DNA of 64,000 nucleotides, from contig JARGOE010000001.1 of assembly GCA_029210015.1 (NCBI GenBank), forward strand, positions 5,804 to 69,803, in the 5' to 3' direction. The stretch comes from Vicingaceae bacterium (GTDB lineage: Bacteria; Bacteroidota; Bacteroidia; Flavobacteriales_E; Vicingaceae). A program made the translations under genes and the position numbers. The stretch's first letter is position 1. Each line of letters opens with the position of its first letter. Shown here piece by piece: positions 20,277-29,806 of this stretch. The notes beneath the pieces are model-generated. The model saw nothing but the letters and a program-made list of their open reading frames with translations. It had not been told where the DNA came from and searched no databases.

Positions 20277-21029
20277 TTAAAATGTTTTCAATTCTAAATT
20301 TTCTCCATCAAAAACAGCGTATGTGTTATGCTTAATCCATTCTCCTAAATTGAAATAGGAAGTTTTTTCGTTTATTTTTATTTCTAAGGGTAAATGCCTA
20401 TGCCCAAAAATAAAGTAATCTATAGAGTTATCCTTTTTAATGTAATCTTTACAATATATAATTAACTGTTCTTTTTCTTCTCCGTGAAAAACTTCATCAT
20501 AACTCAAATTAGTTCTTCTACTTTTTCTACTCCATGCATTAGCAATTCCAATTCCTAAATTAGGATGTATTCTTGCAAAAGCCCACTGACATACCTTGCT
20601 AGTAAAAACTGATTTTAGCATTTTATACTTGTTATCTCCTGGCCCTAATCCATCACCATGACCAATGTAAAATTTTTTACTGCCATATTCTTTAATAATA
20701 GGCTCTCTGTATAATGTGCAACCTAATTCTTTAGGAATATAATCGAAAATCCACATATCATGATTTCCAGTGAAAATATGAATTGGAATACCACTATCTG
20801 TTAGTTCTGCAATTTTTCCTTGAAACCTAACAAAGCCTTTTGGAATAGCATTTTTGTATTCAAACCAAAAATCAAATATATCTCCAACAAGGTAAATTTC
20901 TTTTGCGTCATTTTTTATTTGGTCAAGCCAAGAAATAATTCTCTTTTCTCTAATCAAACTTTCTTTTTCATTAGGAGCGCCTAGATGAAAATCTGAAGCA
21001 AAATATATTTTTTCTCTAGTTTGGTTCAT
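20277..21029 (-). CDS. lpxH: UDP-2,3-diacylglucosamine diphosphatase
   Basis: Calcineurin-like metallophosphoesterase motifs 'SDFHLG','GDIFDFW','GNHD','GHGD','GHRH', 250 aa. Confidence 0.85.
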   Translation of the reverse strand: MNQTREKIYFASDFHLGAPNEKESLIREKRIISWLDQIKNDAKEIYLVGDIFDFWFEYKNAIPKGFVRFQGKIAELTDSGIPIHIFTGNHDMWIFDYIPKELGCTLYREPIIKEYGSKKFYIGHGDGLGPGDNKYKMLKSVFTSKVCQWAFARIHPNLGIGIANAWSRKSRRTNLSYDEVFHGEEKEQLIIYCKDYIKKDNSIDYFIFGHRHLPLEIKINEKTSYFNLGEWIKHNTYAVFDGENLELKTF

Positions 21030-21031
21030 TA

Positions 21032-24000
21032 TTACATTTCAAAATTACGAGCAAACTTAAACGGGTTTAATGTGTTTAAATTGAGTGTAAATCTAATCTT
21101 TTCTCCGTAATTCAATTGATTTAAGTCGCTTGACATAACCACAGGGAAATATATTTCAAATATTTTAGGTACAATATTAAGTGATAAACCTATGTTGTAT
21201 GCGGGATCAGATACTGCATCAATTTCATTGTTGTTAAAATCTCGATCTTTAAATCCTATTAAACCAAAATCGCCATAAATACTAATGGTTCTTGTAAATA
21301 AATTACTTTTTACATTTATCGCGGACAGCCAAGAATCTCCAGAACGTATCGTTGTTAAATTTTTAAAACCTCCATCTGTTATGGCTGCTTGTTGGTTTAA
21401 AAAATGATTTGGTGTGTTTCTTGCGACAAAAATTTGCTCATAGGTATAATCAGAGTTTCCACTCAAGTTATAATGGTAACGTCCATTTGTATTGTCATTG
21501 AGAATAAATCTACCTAAAAATATTCTGATATCTAAACCAGTTTTATTCTTTTTATATGCAAAATGGTAATTTGCTTCTAAGTCCAATTTAATAAAATCAG
21601 TAGCTTGTTGAACAACAACATTAGCAGTGAATGGGTTAATAGGATGAGTATTTTTGATGCCTAATATTAGCCTGTTTATGTAATAGTTTTCCATATCTAT
21701 ATCATAAACATTTTTTCCTTCAATATTTAAGCTATAGTTGGCTTTTTCTTCAATGATATTGATGTTTTCAAGTTTAATAAAAGCTTGACTAAATTGTCGA
21801 GCTCTTTTTTTCTTAAAGGTAAGTTCTAAAGTTGGGTTAATTTTGTAGTACTCTAAAACATCTCTTCCTTTGGAGTGTTGTTCTGTGTTAAACCTTAAAT
21901 AAGAGAATGAGGATGTGGTTGCTCCAATGGCAATATCTTGAAATAAATTATTAGGTGTTATGTGGTAATATGCACTTGCATATCCATTTATATTTTCTGA
22001 ACTAAATGCATACATTGGAGCTATAACATATTCAAACTTTTTAGATGGGATTGTAGAATTATAGAATGCCATTCCTAACATTCCTTTATCATTCATATTT
22101 ATACCAGCAATAGGAGCAAAAAACAACTGTGTTTTATCTGGATTCTCAACACTTCCAATTAATTGTAATCTTAGAGGTTCTGTCTTTTTTAGTAATCCTT
22201 TTACTTGTAAGTTATTGTTTTTACGTTTAGCTTCAGGGATGTTTAATTCAGCATCAATACGATATTTATAAAAATCTCCTTTAGGGAAGCTCACAAAACT
22301 TTTCTTATCTATAGACTCAAACCATTTGGTAGTTGTAATTTTTCCAGCTTTAGTAACTCCAGAAATAGAAAAGGGGCCATTAACACCTCTGTTTCTTACT
22401 TTAATTAAAACATTTTCAGGATTTGATGTATCCTTTTTAGTTCTAACAATTTTATAATCTAATGATTTAGTAGTTTTTATTAAGTCATTAAAAAACCACT
22501 TTAAATCTTTACCAGTTTCATCTTCAAAAATATATTGTAAATCTTTCGGTTGAGGATGTTTAAACTTCCATTCGTTAAAATAACGTTGCATACATCTATC
22601 GTAAACTTCTTCTCCTAAATAAGCCATTAAATAATCAAAAACTATAGCTGTTTTAGAATAAACAATTCCACCATAATTAAGAGATGTGTATTCAGCAGCA
22701 TCAAATTCAATAGGTTGATCAAGGTTTCTTCTTTGATTAAATAAATAAGCTAACTCGTAACTAGCTTTGTGCTTATATTGAGTAATATCAAATAATTTTA
22801 ATGGGCTTTTTTCTACAACAGAATCTAAACCTATTAATCTTCTATTAGGATATTTGGTTTCTATGTATCTATTTTCATTCATGGAATTTAACCCTTCATC
22901 CATCCAAGGGTGAGCTCTTTCATTTGAACCAAGTATTCCATAAAACCAGTTGTGTCCAACTTCATGCATAATAACAGTTTCTAAACCGAAATCGTTTCCT
23001 GATTGTCCTATAACAGTAATGTTTGGATATTCCATGCCTCCACCAGCTGATAAAGCTCCGTCTACTGCAGTTACATGATTGTATGGGTAGTCTCCATTCC
23101 ATTTAGAATAATAGTAAGTCGCGTCATTTAAATATTCTATACTATTCATCCATAAATCAGCTTCATTATTAGTAAACATTGCCCAAGTAGTAACTTTTCG
23201 TTTACTATAAGGTAGTTCTACTTCACCTTTTAAAACATGATAACGTTTATCTGCAAACCAAGCAAAATCATGTACTTTTTCTTGATGATAATGTAGAGTT
23301 TTAGTTTGATTGCTTGATTTTGGAAATGACATATCTCGGTAATCAAACGAATCCTTTTTAGCAGTTAATTTTGCAATGTTATTAAGCCACTCAATTTCCT
23401 TTTCACCGTTAATTAAATCACCGGTTGCTCCAACTACATAATTTTTTGGGAGAGTAATGGAAACGTCAAAAGTTCCATATTCCGAGTAAAACTCTCCCTG
23501 GTCTAAATATGGCATTTGATGCCAGCCATCATTATCATAAACAGCAGGCTTAGGGTACCATTGAGTAATTTGATAGGATTGTCCCATATGCCCTAATCTA
23601 GAAAAAATGCCTTTAGGTATTTTTACATTAAAGGGAGTGTTAATAATTACAGTATCTCCTGGCTTCAGTGGGTCTAATAAAAAAACTTGACAAATATCTT
23701 CATGTTCCTTATCATAATACCATTCTAAAGGCTCATTATTAACTTTAAATTCTAAACCATTAATATAACCCATGATACTATCTGGAGCATGATAAAGTAA
23801 AGTGCTATGTTCTTCTAATTTTTGATTTCCCAATGCAGAATTATATTTTTTGTAGGCATTAGGCCAAAGGTGAAAATATATATAGTTTAATGTTTTTGGT
23901 GAATTATTAATATAGGTTATAGTTTCAGAAGCTTTTAATTGATGTTTTTGATCATCTAGCTCAACATTGATTTGATAGTTGACTTCTTGTTGAAAGTATG

Positions 24001-24067
24001 AATCTTCTTTTTGAGAAAATCCTAATAAAGAATAAAAAACTAATATGAATAGAAATACAGATCGCAT
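21032..24067 (-). CDS. M1-family zinc metallopeptidase with a ~450-aa C-terminal beta-rich extension
   Basis: Signal peptide. Gluzincin motif 'HEVGHNWFYG' plus 'WMDEGLNS' (HExxH-18-E). 1011 aa. Confidence 0.85.
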   Translation of the reverse strand: MRSVFLFILVFYSLLGFSQKEDSYFQQEVNYQINVELDDQKHQLKASETITYINNSPKTLNYIYFHLWPNAYKKYNSALGNQKLEEHSTLLYHAPDSIMGYINGLEFKVNNEPLEWYYDKEHEDICQVFLLDPLKPGDTVIINTPFNVKIPKGIFSRLGHMGQSYQITQWYPKPAVYDNDGWHQMPYLDQGEFYSEYGTFDVSITLPKNYVVGATGDLINGEKEIEWLNNIAKLTAKKDSFDYRDMSFPKSSNQTKTLHYHQEKVHDFAWFADKRYHVLKGEVELPYSKRKVTTWAMFTNNEADLWMNSIEYLNDATYYYSKWNGDYPYNHVTAVDGALSAGGGMEYPNITVIGQSGNDFGLETVIMHEVGHNWFYGILGSNERAHPWMDEGLNSMNENRYIETKYPNRRLIGLDSVVEKSPLKLFDITQYKHKASYELAYLFNQRRNLDQPIEFDAAEYTSLNYGGIVYSKTAIVFDYLMAYLGEEVYDRCMQRYFNEWKFKHPQPKDLQYIFEDETGKDLKWFFNDLIKTTKSLDYKIVRTKKDTSNPENVLIKVRNRGVNGPFSISGVTKAGKITTTKWFESIDKKSFVSFPKGDFYKYRIDAELNIPEAKRKNNNLQVKGLLKKTEPLRLQLIGSVENPDKTQLFFAPIAGINMNDKGMLGMAFYNSTIPSKKFEYVIAPMYAFSSENINGYASAYYHITPNNLFQDIAIGATTSSFSYLRFNTEQHSKGRDVLEYYKINPTLELTFKKKRARQFSQAFIKLENINIIEEKANYSLNIEGKNVYDIDMENYYINRLILGIKNTHPINPFTANVVVQQATDFIKLDLEANYHFAYKKNKTGLDIRIFLGRFILNDNTNGRYHYNLSGNSDYTYEQIFVARNTPNHFLNQQAAITDGGFKNLTTIRSGDSWLSAINVKSNLFTRTISIYGDFGLIGFKDRDFNNNEIDAVSDPAYNIGLSLNIVPKIFEIYFPVVMSSDLNQLNYGEKIRFTLNLNTLNPFKFARNFEM

Positions 24068-24678
24068 TATTTTCCAATTTTCTCTTTAATCATTGAAGTT
24101 AAAATATCAATAGCCACTTTGTTTTCACCACCAACAGGAACAATCATGTCTGCATATTTCATAGTTGGCTCAATAAATTGGTTGTGCATTGGTTTTAAAG
24201 TTTTTTCATAACGAGTTAAAACCTCTTCAATATCTCTACCTCGCTCTGTAATGTCTCGTTTAATTCGTCTAATTAATCTGTCATCAGCATCTGTATGAAC
24301 AAATATTTTAATATCACACATGTCTCGAAGTTCTTTGTTTGTGAAAACTAAAATTCCTTCTACAATTAAAATTTCTTTTGGATGAACAATTTTATAATCG
24401 TTAGATCTAGAGTGGGTAGTGTATGAATAAATAGGTTGTTCAACATTTCCCCCTCTTTTTAAATCTTGTATATGTTTTAATAATAAATCAAAATCAATAG
24501 AGTTGGGATGGTCATAATTTATTTTCTGACGATCTTCAAAGGTAAGTTGACAGTTGTCTTTGTAATAGGCATCTTGAGGAAGAATAGTTACGTTTTCTTC
24601 TGGTAAACTGTTGGCAATTTTATTAACTACGGTTGTTTTCCCAGAACCTGTTCCTCCTGCTATACCTATTATAATCAT
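24067..24678 (-). CDS. udk: Uridine kinase
   Basis: P-loop 'GIAGGTGSGKTT', 203 aa. Confidence 0.9.
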   Translation of the reverse strand: MIIIGIAGGTGSGKTTVVNKIANSLPEENVTILPQDAYYKDNCQLTFEDRQKINYDHPNSIDFDLLLKHIQDLKRGGNVEQPIYSYTTHSRSNDYKIVHPKEILIVEGILVFTNKELRDMCDIKIFVHTDADDRLIRRIKRDITERGRDIEEVLTRYEKTLKPMHNQFIEPTMKYADMIVPVGGENKVAIDILTSMIKEKIGK

Positions 24679-24685
24679 AAGTTAT

Positions 24686-25810
24686 TTAAAATATTGAAGC
24701 TAATTTATTTTCTAATTCAACACCCCTTAAATTTTTACCTATTATTTTTCCTTCAGTATCAATTAATAAGGTAAAAGGAATGCTTTGAATTCCATAAATA
24801 GGGACAATTGAAGATTGCCAACCTTTTAAATCACTTACATGGCTTTTCCATTTTAAGCCATCTTTTTCTATGGCAGTTAACCAATCTTGTTTTGCATTTT
24901 GTTGTTGAGGCATACCATCAAGTGATACACTAAATACTTCAAATCCTTTACTATGGTATTTGTCGTAAGCCATAACTACATTCGGGTTTTCAGCTCTGCA
25001 GGGTCTACACCAAGATGCCCAAAAATCAATCAACACCACATTTCCTTTTAATGATGATAATGATATAGGATTTCCATCTTTATCAGCTAAAGTAATTTCT
25101 GGAGCAGGCTCTCCAACAAACAACTTTACCATTCCTTCAACCTTTTTGTGGAAGTTTGTATAGTAAGGAGTTCCAGGTAATGATTTAGCTAAAGCCTCAT
25201 CTACTTTTTTAAATTGTTCAAAGTAAATTTCAGGGTCTAATTGTTCCACCGCAGCTAAACTCAATAAAGAACCTGGGTTCTTGTCAATTATATTAATATA
25301 ATATGCTTTTAGTTTTGTTTCAGAAGAAATAGATATAGTTTGAATTTTAACGAAAAGGTCAGGATCATTTCTATTAGCTTCATAAACTCTATTTAAGGAG
25401 TCTTGAAGTAAATAATCCTTTTTTACTTCAATGTTAAATTCTTTTAATCCTTGGGAACCTTTAGAGCCTTCAACAGTATAACTGTCCATTAGATTTGTTC
25501 CATCACCATTTATAATGGGAGTTTCGTTTACATCTAGAATAAGATTAATAAAATTTTGATTGTTAATTCTCAGCCTGTAATATCCTAAATTTTCAACAGA
25601 ATAGTCAAAGCTATAATTTCCTTCAGCATCTATAATTGCGGTATCTTTAGATACTAATTCTGTAGGCATTAAATAATCTAAATAGATTGGTGTACCTTCA
25701 GGAAGATTAGATAAATTACCGTTTATTTTACTGCCATTCAATGTGTTCGTATCGCTACTTCCACAAGCAATTAGTAATGTAGGAATTATAAATAAAAATA
25801 ATTTTCTCAT
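24686..25810 (-). CDS. TlpA-family thiol:disulfide oxidoreductase lipoprotein
   Basis: Lipobox 'LLIACG'. Thioredoxin-fold CxxC 'FWASWCRPC'. Confidence 0.8.
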   Translation of the reverse strand: MRKLFLFIIPTLLIACGSSDTNTLNGSKINGNLSNLPEGTPIYLDYLMPTELVSKDTAIIDAEGNYSFDYSVENLGYYRLRINNQNFINLILDVNETPIINGDGTNLMDSYTVEGSKGSQGLKEFNIEVKKDYLLQDSLNRVYEANRNDPDLFVKIQTISISSETKLKAYYINIIDKNPGSLLSLAAVEQLDPEIYFEQFKKVDEALAKSLPGTPYYTNFHKKVEGMVKLFVGEPAPEITLADKDGNPISLSSLKGNVVLIDFWASWCRPCRAENPNVVMAYDKYHSKGFEVFSVSLDGMPQQQNAKQDWLTAIEKDGLKWKSHVSDLKGWQSSIVPIYGIQSIPFTLLIDTEGKIIGKNLRGVELENKLASIF

Positions 25811-25820
25811 AATATAAATT

Positions 25821-27269
25821 TTAACCGAGCATTTCTCTTATTAGTTGATTGGCTTTTTTAGGGTCTGCTTTCCCTCCGGAAACTCTCATAAGTTGTCCCA
25901 TTAAAAAGCCAGTAAGTTGTTTTTCACCGTTTTTGTAGCGTTCTACTTCGTCAGGATTTTGTTCAAAAACTTGTTTGATATAATCTACAATAGCATCATC
26001 TCCACTTTCTTGAATTAGGTTAAGTCTCTCCGCTATTTCTAAAGCACTCTCTTTTCCGTTAATCTTTAATGGAAATATTTTTTGTTCAGCTATTGAGTTA
26101 CTAATTTTTCCAGAATCAATTAACTCTATAATTTCTGCAACATCCTTAGGTTTCATGTTAGATAACCCTTCAATGGTTTGTGCATTTTTATTTAGGTGAG
26201 ATTTTATTGGGCCATTAAGCCAATTAGCTGCTGCTTTATAGTTTTTTGTTAAGCTTGTTAATTTATCAAAATACAAAGCAACTGGTTTAGATTCAATAAT
26301 GATATTAGCATCATAATCTGACAATCCAAATTCTTGAGTATACTTTTTAAATAAATCATTTGGCATTAATGGTAAAGTTTCTTTTACCCGATCAATGTAA
26401 TCCTGTTTAACTAATGTTGGTTGTAAATCTGGCTCAGGAAAATACCTGTAGTCATGAGCTTCTTCTTTTGATCGAAGTAAAAATGTTGATCCATCAACTG
26501 CATTGAAACTTCTGGTCTCCATATTTATTTGCCCACCAGCTTCTAATAAATCTATTTGTCGTTTAATCTCATACTCAATAGCTCTTTTAACATTAGATAT
26601 CGAGTTCATGTTTTTTGTCTCAGTCCTTTCTCCGAAATTCTCAGAACCTTTTAACATTACTGAGACATTGGCATCACAGCGTAAGCTGCCCTCTTCCATA
26701 TTGCCATCGCAAATTTCTAGGTATCTAACCAATTTTCTAACTTGACTAACATATTCAGAAGCTTCTTCAGCCGACTTTATTTCAGGTTCTGAAACTATTT
26801 CAACTAACGCTACACCAGCTCTGTTTAAATCAATAAGTGTGTTGAAAGGATCTTGATCATGAATACTCTTACCTGCATCTTCTTCTAGGTGTATTCTTGT
26901 TATATTTATGTTTCGCTCCTTATCTGTATTAGGAAAAAGAGTGATATGTCCATTGTTACATATTGGAGTAGTATCTTGGGTTATTTGATATCCCTTAGGT
27001 AGATCTGCATAGAAATAATTTTTACGGGCAAATTCATTATGTTCTCTAATATCTGCATTAACTGCTATACCAAGTTTAACAGCATACTCAATATTGTTTT
27101 TATTTATACGAGGTAAAGTTCCAGGATGTCCTAGAGAAATAGGGCTAATATTAGTATTTGGTAAATTTCCAAATTCAGTTGAATCAGATGTGTAAGCTTT
27201 ACTTTTTGTAGAAAGTTGGGCATGAATCTCTAACCCAATGACAGCTTCATATTTATCGTAAATACTCAT
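25821..27269 (-). CDS. gatB: Asp-tRNA(Asn)/Glu-tRNA(Gln) amidotransferase subunit B
   Basis: N-terminus 'YEAVIGLEIHAQL', 482 aa, C-terminal GatB/YqeY domain. Confidence 0.95.
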   Translation of the reverse strand: MSIYDKYEAVIGLEIHAQLSTKSKAYTSDSTEFGNLPNTNISPISLGHPGTLPRINKNNIEYAVKLGIAVNADIREHNEFARKNYFYADLPKGYQITQDTTPICNNGHITLFPNTDKERNINITRIHLEEDAGKSIHDQDPFNTLIDLNRAGVALVEIVSEPEIKSAEEASEYVSQVRKLVRYLEICDGNMEEGSLRCDANVSVMLKGSENFGERTETKNMNSISNVKRAIEYEIKRQIDLLEAGGQINMETRSFNAVDGSTFLLRSKEEAHDYRYFPEPDLQPTLVKQDYIDRVKETLPLMPNDLFKKYTQEFGLSDYDANIIIESKPVALYFDKLTSLTKNYKAAANWLNGPIKSHLNKNAQTIEGLSNMKPKDVAEIIELIDSGKISNSIAEQKIFPLKINGKESALEIAERLNLIQESGDDAIVDYIKQVFEQNPDEVERYKNGEKQLTGFLMGQLMRVSGGKADPKKANQLIREMLG

Positions 27270-28088
27270 TTATGAATAAATTTCTTTCAGTAATTCTTTT
27301 ATTATTAAAGTCATTTTAGGTTCTGCTTCTTTTGCAACCTCCTGAACCTCTTCATGACTTATTTCTACAATTTTCCCATCAACTCCCAAATCAGTAATAA
27401 TAGACATTGCCATGCATGGTAAATCCATATGTCGAGCAACTATAACTTCAGGAACAGTACTCATTCCAACAGTGTCAGCTCCTATGATTTGAATATATTT
27501 ATATTCAGCAGGAGTTTCAAATGTTGGGCCGCTTAAAACTGCATACACACCTTGCTGTAATTTAATATTGTTTTGTTGCGCAATACTAAATACTTTATTG
27601 TTTAAATCTTTAGAGTAAGGTTCACTCATGTCTGGAAATCGAGGTCCTAATTCATCAATATTTTTTCCTCTTAATGGATTGTCAGGTAGTAGGTTAATAT
27701 GATCAGTGATTAACATAATATCACCTATTTCAAAATTAGCATTTACCCCACCGCTTGCATTACTTAAAAACAAATTTTTAATTCCTAGCATTTTCATAAC
27801 TCTTATAGGAAAAGTACATTCTTTTAAAGAGTAACCTTCATAGTAATGAAATCTACCTTGCATAGCAACTACAGGGACACCGTTTAAAGTTCCAAATATT
27901 AATTGACCACTATGGCCTTGGACTGTTGAAACTGGGAAATTTGGAATTTCAGAGTAGGGAATAGCAGTTTCCACTTCTATTTCTGATGAAAGGTTCCCTA
28001 AACCAGTTCCTAATACAATTCCCGTAAAAGGTTTAACTGATGTTTTATTCTCTAAGAATGATTTAGTTTCCTGTATTTGAGCTAACAT
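27270..28088 (-). CDS. Purine nucleoside phosphorylase (inosine/guanosine type)
   Basis: 'GRFHYYEGY' and 'ADTVGMSTVPE' motifs, 272 aa. Confidence 0.9.
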   Translation of the reverse strand: MLAQIQETKSFLENKTSVKPFTGIVLGTGLGNLSSEIEVETAIPYSEIPNFPVSTVQGHSGQLIFGTLNGVPVVAMQGRFHYYEGYSLKECTFPIRVMKMLGIKNLFLSNASGGVNANFEIGDIMLITDHINLLPDNPLRGKNIDELGPRFPDMSEPYSKDLNNKVFSIAQQNNIKLQQGVYAVLSGPTFETPAEYKYIQIIGADTVGMSTVPEVIVARHMDLPCMAMSIITDLGVDGKIVEISHEEVQEVAKEAEPKMTLIIKELLKEIYS

Positions 28089-29133
28089 AATCTAATATTT
28101 GTTTATCAAAATTCGCTTTATCTTCACTACTAAAAAAATCTATTTTAATAGGGACATAATAAATAGGAATATCTTGAATGTCTTTTAAAATTTCGGGCAA
28201 AGATAATCGCATTATATCTTTTTCCGTAGTAATTATAATTTTATTATCGCTATTTATATTAACAAAACGATTTTTAATTTTTTCTACGTCAGTTTTTGTA
28301 AAATCATGGTGGTCAGGAAACTTTATGTGTCCTACTGATTTGTATTCATTTTTTATATGATTTAGAAGAGGTAATGGTTTAGCAATTCCTGAAATTAATA
28401 ATGCATCAGTTTCTTTGCTTACTAGAGTTTTGTCTAATTTTTTTGAATTTTCATAATGTTTAGATTCGGAATATTTTATGTTGGAGAAATAAAGTTTCTG
28501 ATATGCTTTAGGATTGATGTCTTTTGCAATCTTTTTCAATGTGTTTTTGTTAGTATTAATTGGAGTTTTAGAAACGATAATAATGTCCGCTCTTTTATAC
28601 CCTTCGCGCCACTCTCTTAATCTGCCAGATGGCATTAGGTAGTCATTAGTAAATATATTATTAAAGTCAGTAACCAGTATGTTTAGCCCTGGCTTTATTG
28701 CTCGATGTTGAAAAGCATCATCAAGTAAAATTACTTTTGTGTTTGGTTTTAATTTTAGAATTTCAGTTGCCCCTTTAACTCTGTCTTCGCATACGGCTAC
28801 ATTAATAGAGTTAAATTTCTGGTAAAGCTGTAAGGGTTCGTCACCAATTTCTTGGCTAGTAGATGTTTTTGAGGCTAAAATGAATCCAGAAGTTTTTCGT
28901 TTATAGCCCCTACTAAGGGTTGTTAATTCTAAATTGCTTAATAGGCGTATTAAATATTCTGTCAAAGGTGTTTTTCCGCTTCCACCAACTGAAAGGTTTC
29001 CAATAGCGATGGTAGGAACCTTAAAAGATGTTTGTGAAGTTACTTTCCAATCATAAAGTTTATTTCTGACTAATATAGTTATTCCATATAACAATGAAAT
29101 AGGGGAAAGTATTATTTGTAAAAGAGATTTCAA
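28063..29133 (-). CDS. lpxK: Tetraacyldisaccharide 4'-kinase
   Basis: P-loop 'GNLSVGGSGKTP', N-terminal membrane helix, 356 aa. Confidence 0.9.
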   Translation of the reverse strand: MKSLLQIILSPISLLYGITILVRNKLYDWKVTSQTSFKVPTIAIGNLSVGGSGKTPLTEYLIRLLSNLELTTLSRGYKRKTSGFILASKTSTSQEIGDEPLQLYQKFNSINVAVCEDRVKGATEILKLKPNTKVILLDDAFQHRAIKPGLNILVTDFNNIFTNDYLMPSGRLREWREGYKRADIIIVSKTPINTNKNTLKKIAKDINPKAYQKLYFSNIKYSESKHYENSKKLDKTLVSKETDALLISGIAKPLPLLNHIKNEYKSVGHIKFPDHHDFTKTDVEKIKNRFVNINSDNKIIITTEKDIMRLSLPEILKDIQDIPIYYVPIKIDFFSSEDKANFDKQILDYVSSNTGN

Positions 29134-29244
29134 AACATTGTAAAACTAATAAATTTGAATAACGAATATTTTGTGATTCAATAAGTTTTTTTTAGCCATT
29201 TAAAATAAAAATGTAAAAAACGTGTTATTTTAAACAAGAAATCA

Positions 29245-29252
29245 TATCTTTG
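29245..29252 (+). promoter_or_regulatory. Candidate -7 promoter box (TATCTTTG)
   Basis: Exact TAnnTTTG, 6 nt upstream of the ATG at 29259, implying a very short or absent leader. No clear -33 element. Confidence 0.35.
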
Positions 29253-29258
29253 TTTGTA

Positions 29259-29603
29259 ATGAAGTACAACTACTTAAAATATAGCGCACTCTTAGTTGGG
29301 ATTATTCTAATTTCAATTATGACTTCTTGTACCAAGGGTGATGAGCCTGTGCCTATGTCGAACACTGTGAGTGTTGATGCTGAGGATGTGTCTATGATGC
29401 GCGAAGGAGATCTTACTGGTGGGGGTGATGGAGATGGGGATGTTTCTATAGTAGGTGGTGATAATAATGAAGATGATGATGACGATACTATAATTGGTGG
29501 GGATGATAATGAGGATGATGATGTTGATGTTGTTGGAGGTGATGTGATTATAGGTGGTGGTTTAACTGGTGGCTCTTCAGATGGTGGTAAGGGTGGTAAT
29601 TAA
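29259..29603 (+). CDS. Small acidic Gly/Asp-repeat lipoprotein
   Basis: The track ORF starts at a TTG (29250). The in-frame ATG at 29259 gives MKYNYLKYSALLVGIILISIMTSC, a signal peptide plus lipobox. The mature part is dominated by GGD/NEDDDD repeats. Confidence 0.55.
   Translation: MKYNYLKYSALLVGIILISIMTSCTKGDEPVPMSNTVSVDAEDVSMMREGDLTGGGDGDGDVSIVGGDNNEDDDDDTIIGGDDNEDDDVDVVGGDVIIGGGLTGGSSDGGKGGN
29451..29549 (+). repeat. Imperfect coding tandem repeat (~39-42 bp units)
   Basis: 'gtaggtggtgataataatgaagatgatgatgacgatact' / 'ataattggtggggatgataatgaggatgatgatgttgatgtt' / 'gttggaggtgatgtgatt', encoding (I/V)(V/I)GGD(N/D)NEDDD... Confidence 0.7.
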
Positions 29604-29677
29604 TTCTGTATTACTCCTAAAGTTTCCTTTTCTTTTTAAATTTTCTATTTTTTCTTTTAAATATTAACCGTTTACAA

Positions 29678-29699
29678 ATTGGTTTATTGAAAAACCAAT
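29678..29699 (+). other. 8-bp inverted repeat (ATTGGTTT-N6-AAACCAAT) between the lipoprotein gene and the receptor gene
   Basis: Perfect 8-bp arms with no following T-run. It could be a weak terminator or a protein-binding site. Confidence 0.3.
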
Positions 29700-29726
29700 A
29701 ATAGTTAATATATTTACTCAAAATAA

Positions 29727-29759
29727 TTTGGTTTCATAGTTTTATATTATATATCTTTA
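29727..29759 (+). promoter_or_regulatory. Candidate Bacteroidota promoter (TTTG-N21-TATCTTTA)
   Basis: -33-like TTTG at 29727-29730 and a near-consensus -7 box TATCTTTA at 29752-29759, 47 nt upstream of the ATG at 29807. Confidence 0.4.
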
Positions 29760-29806
29760 CGCCTCTTTATTTGCACTAAATATTAAATTAGATTAAAACG
29801 TTAAAT

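Noticed and set aside
29401-29600. The purine-rich tandem repeat as a non-coding satellite or CRISPR-like array.
   Set aside because: The repeats are imperfect, contiguous (no spacers) and in frame within an ORF that has a proper lipoprotein signal peptide.
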